Below are positions 37,942 through 47,851 of a stretch of DNA of 64,000 bases, one piece after another. How positions within the stretch are numbered: position 1 is the stretch's first letter; every line of letters begins with the position of its first letter. Source of the DNA: an uncultured Clostridia bacterium (GTDB lineage: Bacteria; Bacillota; Clostridia; TANB77; CAG-465); assembly GCA_947627255.1 (NCBI GenBank), contig CANQVI010000002.1:64047-128046 (forward strand), read 5' to 3'. The notes beneath the pieces are model-generated. The model saw only the letters and a program-made list of their open reading frames with translations, did not search any database and was not told where the DNA came from. A program made the translations under genes and the position numbers.

Positions 37942-39621
37942 ATGAAAGAGAAAAAAATAAAGGTAGGAGGAGTAGCATTATTTAATGGAATATTATTTAA
38001 TTCTAAATATAGACAGGCTATAGTTCAAAGAAAAGAAAATAATGATATATCTTGTAGAACATACGAATATTCCAAAGATAAAAATATATTAAATAAAATC
38101 CCTATTTTAAGAGGAATATTGGGTTTATCTTCTCAAATAAATAATGCAACACCAGAATTTTTAAATTCAGCAAACGAGAAAAAATCTTTTAAACTAAGTA
38201 CAGCATTTTTATATTTAATATTAATAGTTGTGTGTGTATCTATTCCAATTATTATATCAATATTTCTACCTAAAGAATATAGAAGTATTGGTGAATTTGT
38301 TATATTTATTATTGAATTTTTAGCATATCTTTTAATGCTAAAATCTACAGATGAGCTAGATGAGCTATTTAGCTATCATGGAGCAGAACATAAATTAGTA
38401 AATGCATATGAAAATCTAAATGTTTGCGATATAACACTTGAAAATGTAAAAAAGCAAAGTAGATTTCACAAAAGATGTGGTGGCAATTTTATAGTGTATT
38501 TTATAATATTAGCCTCTTTAAGTTTCTTTATTAATATTGACAACCTATTAATAAAAGATATAGTGTTAATTGCTGTTACAATATTAAATGTTGGCATTGC
38601 ATATGAGATAGTAACAATTTTATCTTTACTTCCTAAGCCACTTGACATACTAAATGCTCCTGCAACTTTAATACAATATATAACTACCAAAGAACCTACA
38701 GATAAGCAATTAGAAGTAGCACTTTATAGCTTACTTGCATCTGTAAGAAAAGAAAATGGTATAGCTATATGTGAGTATGTAAAAAAATATGTAAGAGAAA
38801 ATTTAAAAGATAAAGAATATGATGTTCAAGATATATATTCAATACTTGAATATATAACACATATTGATAGAAATAGATTATTTTTACAAAAAGATTCTAT
38901 ACTACTTAAAATATCTCAAGAAATACAAGCAGATAAACTTTTAAATAAATACTATAATGATAAATATCCACTTCAATATATTACCCATAAGCAGTATTTT
39001 TATAACGAAGAATACTATGTAGATGAAAATGTATTAATACCTAGACAAGATAGTGAAGTATTAGTTGAAAAAGCATTAGAGTATATTAATAATGAAGATA
39101 TAGTAAATATAATAGACTTATGTACAGGTAGTGGAGCTCTTGGAATTTCAATAGCAAAAAACTCAGAAAAAGATGTAAATGTAAAGCTATTAGATATTTC
39201 TGATTCTGCTTTAAGGGTAGCAAATAAAAATATAAATAAAAATGGAGTATCAGATAAAGTATCTACATTAAAATCTGATTTATTAGAAGAAATAGATGAG
39301 TCAGATAAATATGATATGATTGTATCAAATCCACCATATATAAAAACAGATGTAATAGCTACATTACAAGAAGAAGTAAAAAAGGAGCCTGTACTTGCAC
39401 TTGATGGTGGCAAAAATGGTTTAGATTACTATATTAGAATTATTAAAGAGGCAAAAACAATATTAAAAAATAATGGAATTATAATATTTGAGATAGGATA
39501 TGATCAACTTGATGATATAAAAAACATAATTAAAGAAAATAACGAATTTAAACTACTAGAATCTGTAAAAGATTATGGTGGAAATGATAGGGTGGTAATA
39601 TGTCGTTTTCAGGAGAAGTAA
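37942..39621 (+). CDS. prmC: Fusion protein: DUF1385 membrane domain plus release-factor glutamine methyltransferase PrmC/HemK
   Basis: The N-terminal about 265 aa has DUF1385 marks (KVGGVALFNGILF, YHGAEHKLVNAYE, RFHKRCGGNF). The C-terminal about 290 aa has PLQYITHKQYF, DLCTGSGALG and VSNPPYI. Confidence 0.85.
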   Translation: MKEKKIKVGGVALFNGILFNSKYRQAIVQRKENNDISCRTYEYSKDKNILNKIPILRGILGLSSQINNATPEFLNSANEKKSFKLSTAFLYLILIVVCVSIPIIISIFLPKEYRSIGEFVIFIIEFLAYLLMLKSTDELDELFSYHGAEHKLVNAYENLNVCDITLENVKKQSRFHKRCGGNFIVYFIILASLSFFINIDNLLIKDIVLIAVTILNVGIAYEIVTILSLLPKPLDILNAPATLIQYITTKEPTDKQLEVALYSLLASVRKENGIAICEYVKKYVRENLKDKEYDVQDIYSILEYITHIDRNRLFLQKDSILLKISQEIQADKLLNKYYNDKYPLQYITHKQYFYNEEYYVDENVLIPRQDSEVLVEKALEYINNEDIVNIIDLCTGSGALGISIAKNSEKDVNVKLLDISDSALRVANKNINKNGVSDKVSTLKSDLLEEIDESDKYDMIVSNPPYIKTDVIATLQEEVKKEPVLALDGGKNGLDYYIRIIKEAKTILKNNGIIIFEIGYDQLDDIKNIIKENNEFKLLESVKDYGGNDRVVICRFQEK

Positions 39622-40337
39622 GAGAAGAAATATTAGAATATTATTCAAAAAGAAAAGAGCCATATATAATTAAAGCTGAAAGATTTGGAGAATATTTAAC
39701 AGAAGCACAATATAAAAATGATTTACTAGAAGACTTTAGTGATTACTTTGAAATATCTAATTTAACAGAAGAAGAAATAAAAACAGTAATTAAAGGTGTT
39801 TTTCTAGCTAGTGGCTGTATTGTTGACCCAAATAATGATTATAGATTTGAGGCAAGTTTTAAAAACAAGTCATGTGCCGAATACTTTTTAGACTTATTAT
39901 CATTATTAGACTTTACACCTAAACTAGTAAAAAGACCTAAAGCTGGAATATATGTTGTATATTTTAAAGAATCAGAGCAAATATCATATATGTTAAGTTT
40001 GCTTGAATCTAATAGATGTATGCTAAAATTCGAAGAAATTCGTGTTATTAAAGATGTAAATAATTCAAAAAACAGAATGAATAATTGTGAACTTGCTAAT
40101 ATGACTAAAGCTATAAATTCTGCATTAATACAATTAGAAGCTATAAAAAAAATACGTAGTAAAGGTAAGTTTTCAACTCTTTCAGAAAAATTAAAATATA
40201 CTGCCTCTTTACGAGAGGAATATCCCACAGCTACTCTTGAAGAAATATCTTCCAAAACTGAGGGTAAAAATAAGATATCTAAATCTGGCCTAAAACATAG
40301 ACTAGATAAATTAATACAAATAGCAAATGAATTATAA
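39600..40337 (+). CDS. whiA: WhiA-like DNA-binding protein, shortened (245 aa)
   Basis: MSFSGEVREEI N-terminus, LAGLIDADG-like KGVFLASGCIVDPNNDYRFE, NRMNNCELANMTKAI and C-terminal HTH ISKSGLKHRLDKL. Overlaps the prmC end by 22 nt. Confidence 0.7.
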   Translation: MSFSGEVREEILEYYSKRKEPYIIKAERFGEYLTEAQYKNDLLEDFSDYFEISNLTEEEIKTVIKGVFLASGCIVDPNNDYRFEASFKNKSCAEYFLDLLSLLDFTPKLVKRPKAGIYVVYFKESEQISYMLSLLESNRCMLKFEEIRVIKDVNNSKNRMNNCELANMTKAINSALIQLEAIKKIRSKGKFSTLSEKLKYTASLREEYPTATLEEISSKTEGKNKISKSGLKHRLDKLIQIANEL

Positions 40338-40451
40338 AGAAGATGAGTTAATCTTCTTTATTTTTATCTTTTTGTTAGCCTAAATTGCCTTGAAATGATA
40401 ATATCTTTATGGTAGAATTAAAAAAGACTATAAAACTTAGAGGTAAATAGA

Positions 40452-41597
40452 ATGAATCAAGATATAGGAATATATATACATATACCATTTTGTGTGCAAA
40501 AATGTTTTTATTGTGATTTTAATTCATATTCAAACAAAGATGATTTAATTGAAGAATATATATATGCTGTCTGTAATGAAATATTAGAAAACGCAGAAAT
40601 ATTAAGTCAATATAAAATATCAACTATATATATAGGTGGAGGTACACCTTCATATATAGATTCTAAATATATAAAACAAATATTAGATACTATATATATG
40701 TTTGTAGATAAAAATTACTTACAAGAAGTAACTATCGAAGTAAATCCTAATAGTATAACTAAAGAAAAAATTACAGAATATAAAGAAAGTGGCATAAATA
40801 GAATAAGTATTGGGCTGCAATCAACACATGATGATATACTTAAAAAAATAGGTAGAGCTCATACATTAAATGACTTTGAAAATGCTTTAAATGTTATTAA
40901 TAATGCCAAAATAGATAATATTTCAATAGACTTAATATATCCACTTCCTGGTCTAAATATATCAAGATTTAAAGAAACTTTAGACTATATATCTAAACTA
41001 AAAGATAAAAATGTTAAACATGTTTCTATATATAACTTAGAAGTACATGAAAATACTAAATTAGCCTTTTTATTAAACGAAGGATATTTAACATTACCAG
41101 ATGAAGATGAAGAATATGAGATGTATAAAATGCTAAATAGCTTCTTAAATGAGCAAGGATATAAAAGATATGAAATATCAAACTACGCAATAAATGGATA
41201 TGAATCTAAACATAATTTAAGATATTGGAATCAAGAATTATATTTAGGCTTTGGAGCTGGTGCATCTAGTTTTTTTGGTGGAAGTAGATATAAAAATGAA
41301 ACAGATATTAAAAAGTATATAAAATGTATAAATAACAATATTCCTGCTATTATAGAAAAAGAAGAATTAGACTTATTAGGACTAATGAAAGAGTATGTAA
41401 TTCTTTCATTAAGAAAAATTAATGGACTAAATATTGATACTTTTAAAACTAAATTTAAAAAAGATATATATGAACTATTTTCAGAAGAATTAAATGAATT
41501 ATTTAAAGATAATTTAATATATACAGATAATAAAAATATAATGTTAACAGATAGAGGATTAGAGGTAGCAAATTTAGTGTGGGAAAAATTTGTATAA
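40452..41597 (+). CDS. hemW: Radical SAM heme chaperone HemW (HemN-like, oxygen-independent coproporphyrinogen oxidase family)
   Basis: IYIHIPFCVQKCFYCDF (CxxxCxxC), IYIGGGTPS and the HemN C-terminal domain. 381 aa. Confidence 0.85.
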   Translation: MNQDIGIYIHIPFCVQKCFYCDFNSYSNKDDLIEEYIYAVCNEILENAEILSQYKISTIYIGGGTPSYIDSKYIKQILDTIYMFVDKNYLQEVTIEVNPNSITKEKITEYKESGINRISIGLQSTHDDILKKIGRAHTLNDFENALNVINNAKIDNISIDLIYPLPGLNISRFKETLDYISKLKDKNVKHVSIYNLEVHENTKLAFLLNEGYLTLPDEDEEYEMYKMLNSFLNEQGYKRYEISNYAINGYESKHNLRYWNQELYLGFGAGASSFFGGSRYKNETDIKKYIKCINNNIPAIIEKEELDLLGLMKEYVILSLRKINGLNIDTFKTKFKKDIYELFSEELNELFKDNLIYTDNKNIMLTDRGLEVANLVWEKFV

Positions 41598-41612
41598 ATA
41601 TGAGGAGAAGAT

Positions 41613-44372
41613 ATGGAAAAATTTTTAATAATTGATGGAAACAGTATTTTAAATAGAGCCTTTTATGGACTTTCTGGAACAAGAATGACTACATCTAATG
41701 GCATACATACCAATGCAATATTTGGTTTTCTTAATATTTACTATATGATTTTAGATAAACTAAATCCAGACTATATAGCTGTAGCTTTTGATTTAAAAGC
41801 ACCAACTTTTAGACATAAAATGTATAGTGAATATAAAGGCACAAGAAAAGGAATGCCAGATGAACTAAAAGAGCAAGTACCAATAATTAAAGAGGTACTT
41901 AGAGCAATGAATATTCATATATTTGAACTTGAAGGATATGAGGCTGACGATATTTTAGGTACTATTGCCTCTTTAAATGAAAAGAATACTCAAAAAGATA
42001 TATTTACATATATCCTAACAGGAGATAGAGATTCTTACCAATTAATATCAGATAAAACAAGTATAATCTATCCTTCTAATAAAATGGGAAAAACAGACTA
42101 TACTATTTATACACCTGAATTATTAATGCAAGAAAAACAAATAGAGCCATATCAAATTGTAGATATAAAATCTCTAATGGGAGATGCTTCAGATAATATT
42201 CCAGGAGTAAAAGGAATAGGAGAGAAGACTGCTTATTCTCTTATATATAAATATACAACTTTAGATAATATATATAAAAATATAGATAGTCTTGATGCAA
42301 GTGAAAAAATAATTGAAAAATTAAAAAACGATGAAGAAATGGCAAGACTAAGTTATACACTTGCTACAATTAATAGAGAAGTACCAATTACATTAAATTA
42401 TGACGAAAATAAAGTATGTGATGTAAATAAAGAGGCATTATATCCATTATTTAAAAAACTTTCTTTTAATAAATTTCTTAGTAAATATGATTTTGATAAT
42501 GTAGAAGTTTTAGAAGAAACAACTATTAAAAAATCTAGCATAAATGTTAATGAAGAAAATATAATAATTATTACTAGTTCAAATATTAAAAATTATATTT
42601 TGGAAATTGAAGAAACACTAAATGAAGAATATTTTTCATATATATTAAATATATGTAATGAAAATCAAGCATTTTCAAGTATATTAGATATAAACGATAA
42701 AAACTTCTTAGCTATATACTCAAATGTAAAAGATAAATACTATATTATAAATTTAGATAGTCTAGCACAGGATAAAGAAACAACAAAATCTTTATTTATG
42801 AAATTTGCAAAATCTAATGGTAGAAAATTAGGATATAATATTAAACAAGATATAAGATTTATATTTACAAATATATGTGACGATATTGACAATTTTAGCT
42901 ATGATTTATTACTTGCATGTTACTTGTTAGATTCGACTAGAAATTACAAATTTGATACCATTATGGACGAATTATATGGCATTATATTTAATATTGAGAG
43001 TAATAATAAAAACTCAGTACAACTTTCTTTATTTGAATCATTAGAAAATACTAATGTTACTATTAGCACAGAACTTGCTAAAAGTATCTCTTTAGCACTA
43101 AAAGGAATATTTAATTCTAAAGAAATTATAGATGAAAGACTTAAAAATGATCAAATGTTAGATTTATTTTATTCTATTGAAATACCACTATCCGAAACTT
43201 TAGCTAGTATGGAATCAGTAGGTATGTATGTAGATAAAGATAAACTAGACGAATTTGATAAAATAATATCTTCTAATTTAAGTGAATTAGAAAAAGAAAT
43301 ATATGAACTTGCTGGAGAAGAATTTAACATTAATTCTCCACAGCAATTAGGAGTTATATTATTTGATAAATTAAATTTACCTGGAAAGAAGAAGACTAAA
43401 ACTGGATATTCTACTAACAAAGAAGTATTAGAAAAGTTAGAAGAATATCATCCTATTATTCCACTCTTAATTGAATATAGGCAGACAATGAAGTTAAAAT
43501 CTACGTATGTTGATGGACTTAGACCAACAATTAAAGAAGATTCTAGAATTCATACTACATTTATGCAAACAGTTACTTCTACAGGAAGATTAAGTAGTGT
43601 AGAACCAAATTTACAAAATATCCCTATAAAATTAGAGCTTGGCAGTAAAATTAGAACTTTCTTTACAGCACCACAAAATAAATGTATAGTTGATGCAGAT
43701 TATAGCCAAATTGAGCTTAGAGTACTTTCTCACATATCTAAAGATGAAGTTATGAAAAAAGCATTTATTGATGGTATAGATGTACATAAAGTTACTGCTT
43801 CACAAGTTTTTGGTGTTCCACTTGAAAATGTAACAAAGCAAATGCGTTCTAGTGCTAAAGCAGTAAATTTTGGTATAGTATATGGAATTAGTGAATTTGG
43901 TCTTGCTAAAAATATTTCAACATCATGGAGAGAAGCTAAAGAATATATAGATACTTATTTAGAAAAATATAGTGGCATACATAAATTTATGCAAGATATA
44001 GTAGCAGATGCTAAAGAGAAAGGCTACGTTACTACTTTATTCGGTAGAAGAAGATACATTCCTGAATTAAAAAACAAAAATAAAAATATAATAATGTTTG
44101 GTGAACGTATAGCTATGAATACACCTATTCAAGGAAGCGCAGCTGATATAATTAAAATAGCTATGAATAAATTATATAAGTCTTTAAAAGAAAATAATCT
44201 TAAATCTAAACTTGTTATGCAAGTTCATGATGAACTTATTGTTGAAACATTTAATGACGAAGTAGAGAAGGTAAAAGAGCTTATGCGTGAATCTATGGAA
44301 AATGTAATAAAGCTAGATATACCACTAGATATTGATTTAAATGTAGGAAATAGTTGGTATGAAGCAAAATAA
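41613..44372 (+). CDS. polA: DNA polymerase I
   Basis: 5' nuclease N-terminus (LIIDGNSILNRAFY, GDRDSYQL, GVKGIGEKTA). Pol A motifs DYSQIELRVL, RSSAKAVNFGIVYG and QVHDEL. 919 aa. Confidence 0.97.
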   Translation: MEKFLIIDGNSILNRAFYGLSGTRMTTSNGIHTNAIFGFLNIYYMILDKLNPDYIAVAFDLKAPTFRHKMYSEYKGTRKGMPDELKEQVPIIKEVLRAMNIHIFELEGYEADDILGTIASLNEKNTQKDIFTYILTGDRDSYQLISDKTSIIYPSNKMGKTDYTIYTPELLMQEKQIEPYQIVDIKSLMGDASDNIPGVKGIGEKTAYSLIYKYTTLDNIYKNIDSLDASEKIIEKLKNDEEMARLSYTLATINREVPITLNYDENKVCDVNKEALYPLFKKLSFNKFLSKYDFDNVEVLEETTIKKSSINVNEENIIIITSSNIKNYILEIEETLNEEYFSYILNICNENQAFSSILDINDKNFLAIYSNVKDKYYIINLDSLAQDKETTKSLFMKFAKSNGRKLGYNIKQDIRFIFTNICDDIDNFSYDLLLACYLLDSTRNYKFDTIMDELYGIIFNIESNNKNSVQLSLFESLENTNVTISTELAKSISLALKGIFNSKEIIDERLKNDQMLDLFYSIEIPLSETLASMESVGMYVDKDKLDEFDKIISSNLSELEKEIYELAGEEFNINSPQQLGVILFDKLNLPGKKKTKTGYSTNKEVLEKLEEYHPIIPLLIEYRQTMKLKSTYVDGLRPTIKEDSRIHTTFMQTVTSTGRLSSVEPNLQNIPIKLELGSKIRTFFTAPQNKCIVDADYSQIELRVLSHISKDEVMKKAFIDGIDVHKVTASQVFGVPLENVTKQMRSSAKAVNFGIVYGISEFGLAKNISTSWREAKEYIDTYLEKYSGIHKFMQDIVADAKEKGYVTTLFGRRRYIPELKNKNKNIIMFGERIAMNTPIQGSAADIIKIAMNKLYKSLKENNLKSKLVMQVHDELIVETFNDEVEKVKELMRESMENVIKLDIPLDIDLNVGNSWYEAK

Positions 44373-44384
44373 AAAGGGGGATTA

Positions 44385-44948
44385 ATGAAACATAAGGTTA
44401 TATGGTGTTTTAGCATAATTAGTATAATTGCTATGTTTATTATAGGTATATATTCAATTAGAACATTTGTTTTTCCTACTAAATATTTAAAGCAAGTACT
44501 AATTTACTCTAATAAATATAATTTAGATCCATATCTTATACTTGCAATTATAAATACTGAGAGTAATTTTAATAAAGAGGCAACATCAATTAAAAATGCA
44601 AAAGGATTAATGCAAATTACAGACTCAACTGCAAAAGAAGTAAATGAAGTAACTAATTCTACTTCTGATATAAATGATACTTCTTTATATAATGAAGATA
44701 TAAACATAGAAATTGGATGTAAGTATTTTGCCTCTTTAATAAGCAGATATAATGGTAATTACTACCTAGCAATATGTGCATATAATGCTGGAATAGGTAA
44801 TGTCAATAGCTGGTTAAATGATAACAGAGTCTCTAGTAGACTAGATACTACAGATATTAAATTGCCTTTTGATGAAACGACAAAATACTTAAAAAAAGTA
44901 ATAGTAAATTATGATTTATATAAAAAAATATATCCAAGTTTTTCTTAA
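44385..44948 (+). CDS. Lytic transglycosylase (SLT domain), membrane-anchored
   Basis: INTESNFNKEATS..AKGLMQIT and ICAYNAGIGNV. Confidence 0.75.
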   Translation: MKHKVIWCFSIISIIAMFIIGIYSIRTFVFPTKYLKQVLIYSNKYNLDPYLILAIINTESNFNKEATSIKNAKGLMQITDSTAKEVNEVTNSTSDINDTSLYNEDINIEIGCKYFASLISRYNGNYYLAICAYNAGIGNVNSWLNDNRVSSRLDTTDIKLPFDETTKYLKKVIVNYDLYKKIYPSFS

Positions 44949-44963
44949 AATAATTATAATATA

Positions 44964-44996
44964 ACGGAAGAAATAAAAATTGTTCTTCCGTTTTTT
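44964..44996 (+). terminator. Rho-independent terminator
   Basis: acggaagaa / ttcttccgt stem followed by T6. Confidence 0.8.
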
Positions 44997-45136
44997 AATG
45001 TAAAAAAATCTATTTATAGTAATTTAGTTAGCCTTAAAGGTAGACAAAATGCGTAGTTAGTGATATAATCAAAAAGTATTATGTAATAATTTTTGTATTA
45101 TTATAAAAAAATAAAAGAAAATGGAGGGATAAAGTT

Positions 45137-45862
45137 ATGAGTGGACATAGCAAATGGGCTAATATCAAAAGAAAAAAAGAAGCCACAGATACAAAAAGAG
45201 CTAATATATTTTCAAAATTAGGAAAAGAGCTTACTGTAGCAGTTAAAATGGGAGGTAGCCCTGACCCGAACGTCAATCGTAAATTAAGAGACGTAATTGC
45301 AAAATGTAAAGCTAATAACATGCCAAATGACAATATAAATAGATGTATACAAAAAGCAGCAGGGGATGCAAATGGTGCAAATTATGAAGAAATAGTATAT
45401 GAAGGATTTGGACCATGTGGTGTAGCAGTAATTGTAGAAGCTACAACAGATAATAAAAATAGAACTGCAGCAGATGTTAGACATATATTTTCTAGAGCAG
45501 GTGGATCATTAGGAGTAAGTGGTTCAGTTGGTTATATGTTTGAGAAAAAAGGATATATACTAATTGAAAATAATGATTCAATAGACGAAGATGATTTAAT
45601 GATGACTGTACTAGATGCTGGAGCAGAGGACTTTGTATCTGAAGAAGGATATATTGAAATAACAACTTCACCTGAAGCATTTTCAGATGTATTAGAAGCT
45701 GTACAATCAAAAGATGTAACTATAGTAGAGTCAGATGTCAGACAAATAGCTACAATGAAAAAAGAATTATCTGAAGAAGAAGAAGAAAAATTACAAAACT
45801 TCCTAGACAACCTAGATGAAAATGACGATGTTCAAAATGTTTGGCATAATGCAGATATATAG
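45137..45862 (+). CDS. YebC/PmpR-family DNA-binding regulator
   Basis: MSGHSKWANIKRKKEATD...YEGFGPCGVAVIVEATTDNKNRT. Confidence 0.9.
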   Translation: MSGHSKWANIKRKKEATDTKRANIFSKLGKELTVAVKMGGSPDPNVNRKLRDVIAKCKANNMPNDNINRCIQKAAGDANGANYEEIVYEGFGPCGVAVIVEATTDNKNRTAADVRHIFSRAGGSLGVSGSVGYMFEKKGYILIENNDSIDEDDLMMTVLDAGAEDFVSEEGYIEITTSPEAFSDVLEAVQSKDVTIVESDVRQIATMKKELSEEEEEKLQNFLDNLDENDDVQNVWHNADI

Positions 45863-45899
45863 AAATCACATAAATTTGTAATAAATTTGAAATAAAGTA

Positions 45900-45928
45900 T
45901 TGACTTTACATAACCAAAGTGTTATAAT
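45900..45928 (+). promoter_or_regulatory. Consensus extended -10 promoter
   Basis: TTGACT (45900-45905), 17-nt spacer with TG, TATAAT (45923-45928). Confidence 0.7.
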
Positions 45929-45975
45929 AATATTGTAGATTGTTCTATGTTATGTAAAGGAGGTTGTTGTTGAGT

Positions 45976-46596
45976 ATGTATTATGATAATAAATTTGGAT
46001 TTTATGTTAAACAATATGGTACACAAATAGTTGTTGGTATTATATGCTTAATTATAGTTCTATCTGGTTTATTCATATACTTTAAAATTAACAACAAGAC
46101 TCAAGCTGGTTCAACAGTTCTAAGTAGTTCAGTAGAAAACAATGTAGAAACAAATGACCAACAAAATGTAACAGAAGATGACTCTATTCTACCAGAAGAA
46201 TTAAGAAACCTTAACGCTGGTGATAAAGTAAGTGTTAAAGTTGCTACTGTAGAAGACGGTGGTGTCTTAGTTGTATTATCTGGAGATAAAAGAATAAAAG
46301 CTAAATTAATCGGTGCAGATTTCTCAGAAATTATGCCTGATACATTATATTTTATGAATGAAACATTAGAAGGAAAATATGTAGATATTGCTTTTGATGA
46401 ATCAAAAGTTTCTAATGGATATGCAATGTTATATGTATATTTAGATAACGATACATTATACAATGCATCTATTCTAAAAGAAGGAAAACTAGTATTAGAT
46501 TCCTCTTTAAATAAAAAATCATTACAATATAATAATTTAGCAGAATCACAAGCATATGCTAAACAAACATTAGCAGGTGTTTGGGGACTTAAATAA
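45976..46596 (+). CDS. Membrane-anchored staphylococcal-nuclease-like (SNase/OB-fold) protein
   Basis: Likely ATG 45976. TM helix, then KAKLIGADFSE...YAMLYVYL...ASILKEGKLVLD...AESQAYAKQTLAGVWG, which parallels the thermonuclease layout. Confidence 0.6.
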   Translation: MYYDNKFGFYVKQYGTQIVVGIICLIIVLSGLFIYFKINNKTQAGSTVLSSSVENNVETNDQQNVTEDDSILPEELRNLNAGDKVSVKVATVEDGGVLVVLSGDKRIKAKLIGADFSEIMPDTLYFMNETLEGKYVDIAFDESKVSNGYAMLYVYLDNDTLYNASILKEGKLVLDSSLNKKSLQYNNLAESQAYAKQTLAGVWGLK

Positions 46597-46730
46597 GCAT
46601 GCCGAGCTAGGGAAAAACCTTAGTTTTCATATATCAACCTCTTATGATCGCCTCTATAGCAATGTAGAGGCATCTATTTTGTTTACTACAAGTCTAAGTA
46701 TTAACTTAGGCTTGTTTTATTTTGTATTAC

Positions 46731-46759
46731 TTGACATAAAATTAATTGTGTGATATTAT
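46731..46759 (+). promoter_or_regulatory. Extended -10 promoter
   Basis: TTGACA (46731-46736), 17-nt spacer with TG, TATTAT (46754-46759). Confidence 0.6.
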
Positions 46760-46813
46760 ATTTACGCATTAATCTTATTTAATCAAAATTTTAATAAATA
46801 TAGGAGGATTATT

Positions 46814-47807
46814 ATGGGACATAATAATAATGAAAAAACCTCATATTGTAATTTATCTAATAATAAGTTTCTTATATTTTCGCATAAATGCGATATAGAT
46901 CGGTATGGGATGTGTAATATTACTTAAACTAGCAAATAGAAATATCGATTTTGTATTATGTGAAAATAATGAAACAGACATAAAATTTAAGGAATTTTAT
47001 GATAATAACAAACTTTTATCTTATGAGCGTATATTTATTACAGATTTACATTTAAATAAAGATAATTTAGAGCTAATTAATAATAATTTAAAGTTAAAAG
47101 AAAAAACTATTATTATTGACCATAATGAAAGTGCTCTAAAGTATAATTCATATGAATTTGTAAATATTGTAATAGAAGAAAAGGGGATAAAAGTATGTGC
47201 TACTTCTTTATTATATAATTATTTGTTAAATAACAATATGTTAAAATCATCTGTAGCAATTAATACTTTTTGCGAAGCTGTAAGAAAGTACGATACTGGT
47301 CAATGGAGATGTGATAAAGATAATGAGCTTCCTAGAGATTTAAGTCTACTTTTTGAATATTTTGGTAAAAATCAATTTATTCATAATATGTATTATAAGT
47401 TAAAATGCTCAAAAAAGTTTTATCTTTCAAGAAAAGAAAGATATATTATTAGTGTTAAAAAGAATACTGTTAAAGAAAAAATTGAGCTATATCTTAAGAA
47501 TTTCATTATAAAAGATATGTTTGGATATAAAGCAGGTATTGCATTTATATCATATGAATATAGAAATGAAATAGCTCAGTTTTTAAGAGCAAATACTAAC
47601 TTATATCATATAGACTTTGTTATCTTAATTGCAACTAACCATAATTCTGTATCACTAAGAAATGTTAATCCAAATGTTAATGTTAGACCAATAGCTGAAA
47701 GATTTGGAGGAAATGGTCATTTTGGTGCAGCAGGTATAAATCTTTCAAATAGTGAAAGTATGGATGAATTACTAAAAATTATATTATCAGATGATAATAA
47801 AAAATAA
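46814..47807 (+). pseudogene. DHH/DHHA1-family phosphoesterase gene interrupted by a 1-nt frameshift near 46901-46904
   Basis: AGGAGG SD then ATG 46814 opens a 37-codon ORF (..LIFSHKCDIDRYGMCNIT*). The long ORF (46905-47807) is in another frame and has no SD. Removing one base restores the DHH motif I HKCDIDGMGCVILL. Downstream are IIIDHNES and GGNGHFGAAG (DHHA1). Confidence 0.6.
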
Positions 47808-47828
47808 GGCTTTAAAAAGCCTTTTTTC
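47806..47828 (+). terminator. Rho-independent terminator
   Basis: aggctt / aagcct stem followed by T6. Confidence 0.65.
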
Positions 47829-47851
47829 TTTTACCTATTTTCATGCCTTAA

